Assembly (NCBI GenBank): GCA_030704615.1 | Contig: CM060731.1 | Location: forward strand, 30,070,001-30,134,000 | Length of the DNA stretch: 64,000 bases | Source of the DNA: Takakia lepidozioides | Taxonomy: Eukaryota; Plantae; Bryophyta | Reading direction: 5' to 3' | In this document: positions 13,182 through 25,569 of the stretch, piece by piece | How positions within the stretch are numbered: position 1 is the first letter of the stretch | How the letters are laid out: every line of letters begins with the position of its first letter | The notes under the pieces: model-generated | The model's input: the letters and a program-made list of their open reading frames with translations, nothing else | Told to the model about the DNA's origin: nothing | The model's database searches: none | Made by a program: the position numbers and the translations under genes

Positions 13182-13198
13182 TTACCCCTTCCCCCCTC
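13182..13198 (-). promoter_or_regulatory. G1 polypurine tract
   Basis: Minus strand GAGGGGGGAAGGGGTAA directly abuts the 3' LTR; equivalent at 31673-31689. Confidence 0.9.
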
Positions 13199-16100
13199 AA
13201 AAAGCCGTGTCCTCACGGTTTACTGATTTCGATAGCAAACCTTTGTGAGTGAGCACCTTTTTGACGTTGAGAGTTTCTTGGCGGACTGTGTGTACGAGCC
13301 CGGGTCTGTCTCTGGTTGACGGAGATGGTTGATCACTACCTGGATAAGTGAGGCCCTCTGGAGGCTGATATCGAGGTAACCTTTCCGGCATAGGAGACCC
13401 CCGTCTCTTCTTCTCTGCCATCTGAATTGCATAGTCTTCTCCCATGTCAAAAAGAATTCGGTGAAGAAACAGTTGTACAGAATCCTCATCGCCTCTCAGG
13501 TGTTTAATTTTCGAACTTTTTGTGGAATCATCTGGGGCATACAATGCTGTCCTACCATGTCTGGAAGTTTGTATTTTACAACTTGGTGTAACCGCTGAAC
13601 AGCAAAATTGGTGTAGACACTGAGCTCCTTGTCTGTCCAGGTGAGTGGGGTACCAATTACTGGTGCAGCGTGCAAGTACTTCCATGCCACATGTCCCTTA
13701 TAGAAAATGTCATCAATCCAAATTTCTGTGTTGACAAATGGTTCCAGGCCGCTTGAAACCATGAACGAATTTGAGAATCCTTTTGCATCATAACTTTTTC
13801 ATATAGGTACATATGAGGGTGGCACCGAGGTAATACCCAATCTCCACTGGAATAACTTTGAAGCGTGTTTGCATCTTTTGTGCTCAATGTGGTAACGTAC
13901 AGAAAACAAGCAGCGTAGTATAGCCCACCCATGACAATACTTGCTATCTCCTTGGTCTTGGTATAAATGAGTCCATGTACAACCTGGAAAGCAACCAATT
14001 CCCTCAACATGTACCTGCCTCGTGCCAGTATTGTGCAAAGTGATGATGATTCATATGTCGATTGTTCGGAAGAACTTTAGTCCTAGTTGCCACTGGCAGC
14101 GCATGATTTGGTAGTAATGTGCGAATGACTGCGGAGGAAATTCTAAGCCAACATGATGGGAATTTGGTTGAGGGCATAATCATAGCCCTACTGTACTCCC
14201 TTGCAGCTGGAGTTTTAGGTGGGTTAAAAGCGGCATTGCCCCATACCTCCGGCTGTGGTGGCTGTGGTGTGGTTGTAGTAACCACAGGTTCAGCTACTGG
14301 TACAGTGACCTGTTGTGGTGGTGGTGGTACTGGCTCTTGTATCATTGGCATCTCCTGCACCTCCTGTGAAGACTGAAAAGCCAAAGTTCTGGCTTGTAAA
14401 TAAGAAGCCATTAGCTGTTCCTGAGGGATATAGACTCTTTTGTCGATGTTTGAAGTGAGGTCTTCCACTTGAGTCTGGAGTCCGTCTACATCCTCTTGTA
14501 ACTCTGCTATCCTACTATATAGACATTGTCTATAGTAGTTGTGGCAATGTTCTGCACCTGCAGCCTGAGCTCATTCATCTCGCTTTGGGTGAGCTTCCGT
14601 GGTGCTTTGCCCTCTACTGGCCCTTGTGCTAACCAGACCTGCATAAGGCTGTTATCCACCAAGTGCTTGTGGTTCCCTGAGAGTTTGCTCCTCTCTTAGC
14701 TTGTACAATTCCAACTGCTGTTGTAAAGCCTCCATGCGCTTCGCTGAGGTTCAACCAATTGCGCATAGGCAGCAAGTAGATTATTGGCTTCCTTCCAAGC
14801 CTTGTTATTGACCGCGATTTCATTTCTATTGGCCATGATGGTTTGTTGCAACTCCACGATGTGCTTCTCTTGATCAGCTTCATCTGCCTGTATTGCTTGA
14901 AAGTATCTTCATTGCGACAGATTGTATTCTTCATATCGACAATGAGCTTCATTTGCTCAACATTCTCTTCTTCTGCCTTCGTACATTTTTCCGCTTGACT
15001 GTTTATTTCTTTTGTAGATTGGTCAAGCATAGTTGTAAATGTAGCACATTGTATCGCCATCCTGTTATGCACTGTCTGCAACTCCGTATGTAGTGCATTC
15101 AGTTCTTGCAACTTGCTTTCATGCTGCACCTGCATTTGGTATAGCTGTTGCTTATGTGCTTCGTGCAACTGGTCTTGCGCGAGGCCTGCCTCAATCAATT
15201 GTTCCTTGGCCAATTGCAAAGCCATTTCTGTATTTCCAAGTCCTGCTTCATCTTGAGAGTGACCTCTTCATCGACCTTGTTTGCACACTCAGTGGCAAGT
15301 CGAGCCTCAAACTCCTTCCTGAGTTCCTCTTCAAGGCTGTCAATTGGGTAATTGGAACATGGGATTTGACATAAGTCCCCAAACAAATTAAGTGTCCTGC
15401 CTATGGAACTCATCAGCATTGCCTGTTGAGGGTCATCATGGTGAGGTTGCTGCTGTTCCTCCTGATCTTCAACAGTGTGATGTCTCACTAACCATTCAGG
15501 CCATTGTCCCACCGGATTTTCTTCCTGAACTACTTCATCTATCACCGGTGCTACAGTGTCATGACCTTCCGCCTGTGGTACCTCCGACACAGGTGTGTGT
15601 ATTATATGCACCTCAGGATTTCCCTTGGGCAACTGTTGCACCTCTGGGATTTCTGTCTCCTTGACCAGACCAGAATATTCATAGAGAAGGTCCCCTTCTC
15701 TATTTCTGCCACTATCTGTTCTGTAGTTGGAATATCTAACCCTTCACTTTCCAAATCAATTATTTCTGGTTGAGCTGCATGGATAACTTGTGACCTTGTG
15801 ACAAGTCGTTCAGGTGGCTGTGATGGTTGTGATGCAGAAGTAACTTCCTCCTCCCTCTCTGAAGGTCCTGCTTCCAGTAATAGCATTTCTCTGTGCTGCT
15901 GTGCCCCTTCCTGGCCATGAGCTTGGGAAACATTATCATGCGGAATCCGTGAAGCCAGTGGATCCGCCACTACAGTCTTTCCCCGTCTCTGCCTCTTAGT
16001 CTCGGTTGCCCTGCTAGTCCACCCTCACTGTGTGAAGAGCCTTGCTCTTCCATTGCAGTTGTTTCTGGCTCAAACACTCCCATTTCCTTTCTTTCTTGCG

Positions 16101-17400
16101 CATTAAGTATGCCAGAATCAAGGATTATTTGAGCAATGATTGGGCCAGACACTATGATAGGAGACTTTGCGGTAGTACCTTGTAATCTTTTCATCTCCTC
16201 TACCAGTGCGTTGTACATTATGTCCGCCCATTGTACCTCTTGTCCCTTCAGGCCTTTGAGTATTTCCTCCGTGAAGGATCTGCTCAAATACTGTTGGTTC
16301 TGTTTCATGGCAATCAGAACGTTCAATACCTGGCCTACCTCTTTTAACCCTGGGTACACAGCCTTGGTACAAGCATAACCCTGAGTTTTAAAGAAACTCC
16401 CTTCTTGGAATAAGTCCCCTATTTGCAGTCTTGCCCTGTGTTCCTCCACATGCACCTGACCTGCTGGCAATCGAAACAATTGCTGGAGGTATAGGGGAGT
16501 AATCATTAATTCAACTCCCTTCACCGTTGTTGTTCCTGTCCTTGGCTCAAAGTTCTGCAAAAATTGTAACATGTACTGTCTATGGTGTAGTGTCCAATCT
16601 AGGCTTTGCAATCCTTGCAATCTCAGCTCCTCCAGTATCTGTATCGCCTGTGGGGTAGCAATCGTTTGTTTCTGCAGAATTGTGGTGCTCTTCACCCTGA
16701 TTTCCTCCATTCTCTCACTCTCTTCATTTAGACTCACAGAACTGTTTTGGCTGTAACAACTGCAGGAATGCCTGTAGTGCACAAAGCATAAACGTATGGT
16801 TGCCGCAGAAAGCTATGGGTAATTTCTTGTAAGCCTGCGGGGCTTGCAAGCATCGCTCAAGAGAAAAGCTCTGCTCTGTCCTTTCGTGTCTATGCCACTG
16901 CGTAAGTAATATTGCGAGCGTATAGTCTGTTAGTTCCTCCATAGTTTCCAAGTATAGCATTGATGGTCTGTCCTGTCGAGACGCCCGTTACTCAGAACGA
17001 CGCCGCCTCTTGCGCTCAATTTCCCTCCATTTTCTTGATCCTTTCTCTGGTTTTCTATTGGCTGTATCCGCTGTGACTGGATTTTAGATTTTATCTTCTT
17101 TAGTGGACTTTCCCTGTTGGATAGTCCACTAGGATCACACATGTGACAAGAATTCGCTTTTCTGTACTTGCCGTTCGTTCCGTTTCCCTTTTTCCGTATT
17201 CATTAATGGGCCCGCCTTTCATCCCTTTTGACGGCCGTTCTTGTCCTCTTTCTTTTTGACACCTGTTCTTGCACTTCCTTCTCGGCTGTGTGTCGCGCCC
17301 TGACCTCCACGTGTCTATTTTTAAAGTAATTTCCGTTTCCTCTTCCGTCAGCCATTTTCCTGAAGTTATTATGCGTCCACTTGTCACTGATTCTATGGAT
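13197..17400 (-). pseudogene. G1 3' extension ORF (frameshifted): Athila-like plant-transposon domain, coiled coil and unknown C-terminal domain
   Basis: Fragments from 16930-17142 down to 13197-13685 match the 915-aa ORF of copy 2 and its downstream ORFs. LQFLQNF...VKGVELMITPLYLQQLFRLP resembles the EFYAN...VRG...INxxLGLP motif of Athila-type extra ORFs. Confidence 0.7.
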
Positions 17401-20400
17401 CGTGTAACTTTAGTAGGCTGTGCTGGGCTGTGATAGGCTGTGTCACGTTGTGATGGGCTGTGATAGGCTGTGTCACGTCGTGATGGGCTGTGATAGGCTG
17501 TGTTGCGCCGTGTTGGGCTGTGATAGGCTGTGTCACGTTGTGATGGGCTGTGATAGGCTGTGTTTTGCCTTGATGGGCTGTGATAGGCTGTGTCACGTTT
17601 GTTTTGCCCACCCTGGTCATATATGCTGGGCCTAGCGACAAGTGCTCCATACTCCGTTCGTAACACTGGTGCAGCCCGTGACTGCTCTTGCGGTTCAACA
17701 TGCAAATCATGCTGCAAGGGTTTGTCATGGATACCACTGTACCCCTTCAACTTATTTGCATTGACTCTTCCCAGCATTTCTTTGTTAATGGTTTGTAACA
17801 TGGCGGTGTTGTTATCATACATCTTTTGTATGACATAAGGTCCTTTCCATGGTGATTTAAGCTTAGAAGCTTGAATCTTTCCTTTCTTCTGCAACCATAG
17901 AACCAAATCCCCCGTCTTAAAAGTCTTTAACTTGCCTTCATCAAACTGTTCCTTTCGCTTCATCTGAATTCTGGTCATATTATCAGCTGCATCAGCACGT
18001 ACTTCTTCCACATGGTATAATTCATGTTTCCTGACCTTGATGGAGTCTTGCAATTCCATTCTTTTCCCCACTCCGTTCTCATGGTAGGTAACAGGAATTC
18101 CACTGGAAGTAAGGCTTCCATACCATAAACTAATTGGAATGGTGTATACTTAGTGGTGACTTTATATGAAGTCCTGTATGACCACAAAGCTGTCAGCAGC
18201 TTTGTATCCCAATCCGTTCTGTTTGCATTGACTATCTTAGCCAAGATAGTACATAGTATTTTGTTGGTAGCCTCTGCCTGCCCATTACCCTGTGGGTAAT
18301 ATGTTGTACTCTTTCTATGCACAATCATAAACTCTTTAGTCAACAACTCAATGGTCTCATTCATGAAGTGACTTCCTTGATCACTGATAAATTCTAAGGG
18401 ACAGCCAAATCGTGTAAGTATGTTCTCGTACAGGAACCTTGCTGTGGACTTGGCTGTGTTGTCCCTCAAAGCTTTAGCTTCCACCCACTTTGTAGTATAA
18501 TCAGTGGCTGTAATTATGTACCTGTTTCGTGTATTCTTGGATGGTGGGTTAATTGGTCCAACAAAGTCTAGTCCCCATTTCTGAAATGGTTCCGTAGGCA
18601 TTGTAGGATGCAAGGCCATCCTTCCAGATCTCTGCAAAGGTCCTAGCCTCTGACATTCATCACACTTCTGACAATACTCGTGTACATCTTTGAACAAAGT
18701 AGGCCACCAGTATCCTGCGAGTAGTATCTTTCTACTGGTAGTCTCTTCTCCAAAATGACCTCCAGCCACTCCTTTATGAACTTCCGCCAAAACTTTATTT
18801 ACTTCATGGTGGTACAAGCATCGTTTTAGTACTCCATCAGGTCCTAACTTATACATTCTGCTTCCTACCATAGTATAAGGTAAAGCTTTGATAGCGATTC
18901 TCTTCCTCTGCTCCTTACCATAACTAGGTGGGCACTGACCATGAGCAAGGTAGTATCTGATTGGCCACTGCCAATCTAACCAGTCATCTGCACTTCCCTG
19001 CACCTCCACTGCAAAGAGACTCGCATCTGGTAATTGATCATCTATTCCTGTGGCTGGTTCTCCTGTTGACAATCGTGACAAATGATCCGCCACAAGATGC
19101 AGTCTCCCAGGCTTGTAAACAACCTCGAACTCAAACTCGTGCAAGATTATCAACCATCTTGCTATTCTTCCGCTTATCAGAGGTTTGTTTACCAGGTATA
19201 TCAGAGCCTGGTGATCCACATAGAACATAAACTTCTTGCCCAACAGGTAATGCCTGAATTTCTTCACTGCATAGATCATTGCCAATGCTTCTCTTTCCGT
19301 TGTGCTATAGTTCCTTCAGCACTGTTCATCAACCGGCTAGCATAGTACACAGGTGAATCTATATTCCCTGTAACATTCTGGGCTAACACCGCTCCCAACG
19401 CTTCTCCTGATGCATCGCAGTGAACATGGAATACTACATGCCAGTGAGGGTTAATCAGCACAGGTGTAGTTGTTACTGACAGTGTAAGTTCCTCAAATGC
19501 CTGTTGACATTCAGCTGTCCAGGCAAACACTGCATCTTTCTTCAGTAGTTTGCTCAATGGTGCTGCTATTTGTGCATACCTTTTGACAAATCTCCTGTAA
19601 TAACTGGTTTGCCCAAGGAATCTCCGTAGACTTTTAACATTCACTGGTGGTGGAGAGGCTTTAATGGACTCTGTCTTTCTGGGATCCACAAGGAGTCCCT
19701 TCTTACACACAATGTGTCCCAGAAGCACCCCTGAGTTCACACAGAAAGTACACTTCTCTGGATTCAGGCCCAGACCTCTCATCCTGCATCTGGCCAAACA
19801 TAACTCCAATTTATGCAAGTGCTCACTCTTAGAGCTGTACACACTGAAATCATCCAAGAATACCTGCATGAAATCATCCAGATACTCATGAAAAGATTCA
19901 CTTATCACTCTCTGAAAGGTCGCTGGTGCATTACAAAGTCCAAAGGGCATGACTTTGTATGCATAAGCCCCCCAGTCTGTGATGAAAGCTGTTTTCCCTT
20001 GGTCTTCTTCTGCCACTTGCACTTGATTATAACCACTGAAGCCATCCATGAATGAGTACATCTCATGGCCTGCCACAGTGTCTAATACTGCTTCTGTGAA
20101 TGGCAAAGGGAAAGGATCTTTCTTCGTACAAGCATTCAGCTTCTTATAGTTCACACATACTCTTAGTTTGCCATTCTTCTTGGGAACTATAACAATGGGT
20201 GACAACCAAGTTGTATACTCTATTGGGTATATAAACTTAGCCTCAGCCAACTTCTTTATCTCTTCTCCAACCTTCTGTGCGTAGTTGGGATTCATTCTGT
20301 ACCTCGCCTGCTTGATTGGTACTGACCCTGGTTCCAGTTCAATCTTATGCTGACAGACTTCAGGTGGTATCCCTTTTAGATCCTCATAGCTCCAAGCAAA

Positions 20401-22173
20401 TACATCTCTGTATTTGATGAACAAGCTTTTAGCTTCTTCGAAGAATTCCGGCTCCAAATCAGCTCCTACTTTCACCATCCTCGGTTCCTCTTTAGTTCCC
20501 ACATTTACTTCTCTCACCTGCTCATCAGCTGTGATTGTCCAACCAGTCACCACTTCATCCTGTAAGCTCACAGTGGCTGGTTCTTCTAGGATTTCTATTT
20601 CTCCTTCTCTTTCTTCATAGAAATGTGATGGGTAAATGCTGGTTTCCTCTTCAGTTGGTGTTGCTGTCACTACACCACAGCAGATACCTCTCAAACAACT
20701 TAGGCTTTCCAGCCGCATCTCTGCAACCTGCTCCCACTCTGGGTGTGCAGCAAATAGGGTAGCTTCCTGCTCCTCATCCAGTCCTCCTCTCCAGTCATAC
20801 TCTCTGACTCCTCGAGGTCTTCTTGTAGCAGGTAATCTACTAGATTTCTTTGTGGTAATTTGTATCTCGTGTATCCCATTATGCACGGTTAGTAACTGAG
20901 AATTCCAGTCATGGAATACCCTGGCCTGTTTCAGCCACGGACGTCCCAATAATAAGGAGTAAGCCTCCATGACTTCATCCATTTTTAATACAGTTACTGT
21001 GATCATAAAGATCATTTTCTGTATCTGTATCTTAACTCCTCTTATTAATCCCAATGGCTGTACACTTCTTTGATCTGCCATTGTTACTGTAAATGGGGCT
21101 GGTTTCATGTTACTTAGACCAAGCTTCTTCCTTAATTGGTCTGTCATGATATTTACTCCAGAACCACCATCTATCAGTACATCAGTTAGTTCTGTGCTTC
21201 CAATTCTCAATTGGATTACTGGCATAGAATCATCAAAGTCCATGACTGTTTCTCGCCCTTCCGGCTTCACATTATAACTGGTCACCTTGCTGTTCAGGTC
21301 TGTGTTTCCTGTCTCCTGGGCAATTCGATTGATTGCTTGATACAGCCTGTGCCTACAATAAGGTGCCACAGCTAATAGCTGTCCAATGGTAATTTCTGCT
21401 TTGGTCTGACATATTACTTCAGCCAAAGTCTCTTCATTACTTTGCATGTCTGCATCTTCTTTTTTCCTTTCTTCCTCACTCCCTTCTTTTTCTCCATCCG
21501 AATCAGAGGAATCTGCCACAGGAATATCAGTACTCTTTTGCATTTCCCTTATAGTATCTGCCACTTCCTTGTGCAGTTCCTTCTCATCTTTCCAAGTCTC
21601 TTCATCTTCAGGCATATCATTGCCACTTCCAGTCTCATCTTCTTCCTCTTCTACTGGAGGTATTAGTTTGGCTTTACTTCTTGTTACTATCATTGTACTT
21701 ACTTCTGGTACAACACATGGCCTAACCATGTGAGCTGCCACCACTGGGCCCTCATTCACAGGAGCTCTCATCTCATTCTGGTGTCTTATCCAGAATGAAC
21801 AGGCTGCCTTGCGATGTCCTGGCTGATTACAATAGTAACATAGCTCTTCACCATTGGGTCCTCGCCCTTGGTCTGTTCTTGGATTATTTCTATAATCCTG
21901 ATTCCCGGGCTGGTAATTCCCCCTTGGATTACCCTGATAGTTGCCTCTGGAATTTCCTTGGTAATTCCCTCTTGAATTACCTCTCCCTTCCATGCCATTG
22001 TTATAACCACCAGACCTACCATAGTGGTCCTGATCATTGTTTCTTCTTGGCTGGGGCTGCACCTGATGCACCCTTACTTGCCTAGGTTCTCTTGCAGCTG
22101 TCCTTCTGTTGTAGTAACAATTCTCAGTAGAATGGTTATCCATTTTACAGATAGTACAGTGTTTCTCCTTCAT
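17100..22173 (-). pseudogene. pol: G1 pol: zinc knuckles, aspartic protease, RT, RNase H, integrase (single-base frameshifts)
   Basis: CYYCNQPGHRKAAC; VLIDGGSGVNI; MPFGLCNAPATFQR and VFLDDF; HCDASGEALGAVL...EREALA; H...GHFG...CDEC; WGLDF, SDQG, NGQAE; WKGPY. Confidence 0.96.
17415..17597. repeat. Six 30-bp tandem repeats encoding (R/Q)xxTAYHSPS; more degenerate copy at ~35955-36157
   Basis: gggctgtgataggctgtgtcacgttgtgat units. Confidence 0.92.
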
Positions 22174-23734
22174 GTGGCATTCTGTGGTGGTATGGCCTTC
22201 ATTCTGGCACTTTGCACACCATACACCCTTCCTCCAATGTGTTGCAGCTCTGTGGCATACTTCTTCAAGATTTCTTCCAATTTTTTTTCATAGTTATCCC
22301 TCTTCAACTTCTCCTTTCTCTTACTCTTTCTTTTTAGTTCTTGCTCTTCTTCTTCATCTGACTCATCCTCAGAGTCCTCATCTTCTCTTTTCTCTCTCCT
22401 GAGCATTCCCAATTGCTCAATTCTGTTCGCAGTTTCAAATGCCTCCTCCACTGTATTATGGGGTAACATATCCACTTTCTTTTGCAACTCTGGTCTTAGT
22501 CCACTCACAAACCAAGTCTTCTGTAAACCGGGCGCTGGTACTGCAGCCAGCTTTTTCATCATCAATTCCATCTTCTCCATATACTCTTCAACAGTTTCAT
22601 GCTTCTCCTCTTCAGCTGTTGTAAACTTCCATACACTTCATCCTCAGTTTTACTTGTCCTGAACCTATTTCGAAATGTTGTATTCAAGCCATTCCAGGTT
22701 AGGAAATGATTATCAGGGAATCTTGCATACCATTCACTTGCTTTCTTGATAAGTGAACAAGGAAACAGTCTCATCTTGGCATCATCGCCATTCTCATTGT
22801 TCACTATACACATGTGCTCAAATTGGCTAATGTGTACATCGGGATCCCCTTTTCCTGAATATATTGGAAAGGGTGGTTTTGCCCGTGTTGGTTGTAACGC
22901 CATCTGTGGCCCTACCTTCTGCCCACTGACAGGTGCTGGCACCCTTGCTGGTGCTGGTCCTTTTGGACCTGTTGTTTTTGTGGTGGATCTTCCACCAAGT
23001 GGTGGCCCTTGAGCACTCCTTGCTTCTGGCCCCACGATATTCACAGTATTCCCAGCTTCAGTTGCACTACTTCCCACACTCCCTGTCCCCCCAGAGCCAG
23101 ATCCAGGCAGCCCGCCTGATCCCCCTGAGCCGACACCTTCGTTGGCCTGTGATCCAAGTGCTCCACTTGATCCAGGTCCAACGGGTTGGGATGTCCTGGT
23201 TGTAGTCTCAACCTCAGCTGTTGGGTCTACTTCTTCATATTCTTCCTCTTCTAATTTCTTCTCTCTGTTTTCATCCTCCAAGTTCTGCCCTTGGGTTTCT
23301 TCTTCACTCATGTAACTCAACTGTAATGGTGTTGGAGAGTCTGAACTCTCCGTTGGCTCTGCCACATCCTCTTCTCCTTCTTCACCTTCTGCTTCAGAAA
23401 CTGGAGTTCCTGCTTTTGGTGTTCCATGCCAACTCTTATCAAAGATTTCTGTCAAGTCTTTTATCCAAGGATGTACCTCAGATCTTTCACCTCGTGATTG
23501 ATCTTCTTCCTGTACCAATTCCCTTAATCTTTCTTGCAAAGAAACAGAAGGAGTGGCATCCAACTCTAGTTCTTCCGGTATAGGTGATGCACTCTTTGAT
23601 CTTAATGGTGTGAGAGGTCCAGATGATTCCCCTATGTCTATTCCTCTCTCCCAAAGATATGGATAATTAGCTTTCAGATAGCTTTCTCTTTTTGCTGAAT
23701 ATCTCTGTCGTCTAGCTTCTCTTTCATCACTCAT
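22170..23734 (-). pseudogene. gag: G1 gag (frameshifted)
   Basis: FPIYSGKGDPDVHISQFE...KMRLFPCSL...ASEWY...TWNGLNTTFRNRF and WFVSGLRPELQ: retrotransposon gag capsid pattern. Confidence 0.9.
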
Positions 23735-23755
23735 GTCCCATGTCTTTCATTTCTT

Positions 23756-24451
23756 TTAATGTGGCAATAACCAAAACTCTCTTCTGTAATATCTCTCGTA
23801 TATGCCTGGGTTTCTTTCAAGCTTCAATGCACCCTTGGCTATACTTGAAGTCTCCGTTACCATATAACCATATGGCAAACAAGTCTGAAAAGCTGTTCTT
23901 GGTGTGAGTTTGATCCACAAAATATCCTTTGGAATCCAATTCTTTACCAGTACAAGCTCTTCATGCATATGAGTATAAACATTCACCTTTCTTTCTTCCC
24001 AGCCTTCAAACTCTACTCGTTTAATGGATAGCAATGCTATCACATAAACCAATGTTGGTAACCAACGTGCTCTTCCTCTACAGGCTACCTGATAAATCTT
24101 TATCACTCCTTTCTCCAGACCCCATTCTGGATCAGCATCATGCACTCGTTTAAGAATATTTTCTTTACAACCGTCTGGCAATTCCAAGAACCTTTGAAAG
24201 AATTGTTTGGACAATCTTTCTTCCTTCGTTCCACAGGGAATTTGATTCACTTCAAATTCTTTAATGGTCCAACCACCATGATCCCACCAGATGCCTGTCA
24301 CATCTGGTTGTTCATGTCCCAGGTCCCCAGTATGGTCGCCAAATGTCGCGCGGCTTTTACTCACCCATCCCTTCGCTATTCGAGGCGGAAACTCCAAGAT
24401 TGAAGAGTTGGAAATCTCTAAGTACTCAGCCCGCGCAGAACAATCAGTCAT
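23756..24451 (-). CDS. G1 upstream ORF0, 231 aa, unknown function; starts inside the 5' LTR and reads through the PBS
   Basis: Intact and nearly identical in both copies (also 50662-51357). Confidence 0.7.
   Translation of the reverse strand: MTDCSARAEYLEISNSSILEFPPRIAKGWVSKSRATFGDHTGDLGHEQPDVTGIWWDHGGWTIKEFEVNQIPCGTKEERLSKQFFQRFLELPDGCKENILKRVHDADPEWGLEKGVIKIYQVACRGRARWLPTLVYVIALLSIKRVEFEGWEERKVNVYTHMHEELVLVKNWIPKDILWIKLTPRTAFQTCLPYGYMVTETSSIAKGALKLERNPGIYERYYRREFWLLPH
24324..24341 (-). promoter_or_regulatory. G1 primer-binding site
   Basis: Minus strand TGGCGACCATACTGGGGA, 2 nt after the 5' LTR; resembles tRNA-Arg-type PBSs. The tRNA identity was not verified. Confidence 0.8.
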
Positions 24452-25360
24452 GACCTACAGCTAGTGTATCATGGGGGTGTTTCCTATTTGTTTCCCTTTT
24501 GGTATTCATGTTAGCTATCTTACCATTGATAATTAAGTATCAGTTTGCTTTATCAATCTATTGGATTCCATCAACTCATCCATTCATTCCACAGCTTCAC
24601 TCAGATCTCTCTACACAGTGTGATTGTATCGTAAAAGTATCCGATTATGATTTATCAGGTATCAGGCCGAAGCCATTGTGTCTCTAATCTACTCTACAAT
24701 ATCATTACAGCCTTGCATATATCAAGCATCTACTCATCATCTCTCTATCTTCACTTCGGTTCTTCATCTCTGCCCGATCCCCTCTCCTCTATCACCAAGA
24801 AGTCCTCCTCCGAATCCTCCCTCAATTCCCCGTTTCTCCCTTTATCTTCCTCTCCGCGGTTCTAACCGTTTCCCTCACTAATCGTGTCTGTGAACTAACA
24901 TGTTCCCTTCGCAGGTGTTGTTCCCCACAGTCGTTCCCTGTCCTACTCTTCGTTCCCTATGATCGTGACAGCTGTGTCAAGCTGTGACTGGCTGTGTGAA
25001 ACTGTGACGGGCTGTGACTGGCTGTGCGACTGTGTTTGGCTGTGTCGGGCTGTGACTGGCTGTGTGGCTGTGTCGGCTGTGTCGGCTGTGTCGGCTGTGT
25101 CGGTTGTGACGGGCTGTGTTGGCTGTGTCGGCTGTGACGACTGTGACGGGCTGTGTTGGCTGTGTCGGCTGTGACGACTGTGACGGGCTGTGTTGGCTGT
25201 GTCGGCTGTGATGACTGTGACGACTGTGACGGGCTGTGTAACCCCCCTCTACAGTGCGCTGCTGTCACCCCTAAGGCTCCTGTTGGTCTTAGTCTGTGCA
25301 AAAATTAAGGGTACCCTACAAATCCCGTATAAGTGTCTAAGTCCCGATAGTCCTCTAACA
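24344..25360 (-). repeat. G1 5' LTR
   Basis: Direct repeat of 12139-13181 with TG...CA ends. Confidence 0.93.
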
Positions 25361-25569
25361 GCATGTTAATGCTGACGTGGCAGTTGACGGACAGTGCCAC
25401 GTCATCATTTACCGCCACATCAGCATGCTGATATGATGCTCACGCCACGTCAGCGTGTGTGCAGGCGCACGCCACGTCAGCTGGCGTGAGCGTACGCTCA
25501 CGCCACGTCACTCCTGCGTGAGCGTACGCTCGCGCGCTCACGTGCAACGCTCATGCCATTGCGTCGTTG
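25361..25569. promoter_or_regulatory. Right subterminal region and TIR of the TIR element, dense in GCCACGTCA motifs
   Basis: At least 5 gccacgtca/tgacgtggc copies; homologous to ~55092-55265. Confidence 0.75.

Larger units (their letters stand above)
12139..25360 (-). mobile_element. Ty3/Gypsy LTR retrotransposon family G1, copy 1 (non-chromovirus, Athila/Tat-like; no chromodomain or extra RNase H seen)
   Basis: TG...CA LTRs at 12139-13181 and 24344-25360, PBS, PPT, and gag-PR-RT-RH-INT order. The flanks GGGTG and GCATG do not form a TSD. Confidence 0.95.
7168..25569. mobile_element. TIR DNA transposon (~18.4 kb including nested insertions and a gap) with 9-bp TSD CTCAACGGC
   Basis: TSD at 7159-7167 and 25570-25578. 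The left end CAGGGATGCCTCGGCGTGAGC aligns without gaps to the reverse complement of the right end, CAACGACGCAATGGCATGAGC. Removing the element restores the reading frame HHLST|ACVEAKEK. A second copy of the right end stops at the same base (55265). Confidence 0.88.
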
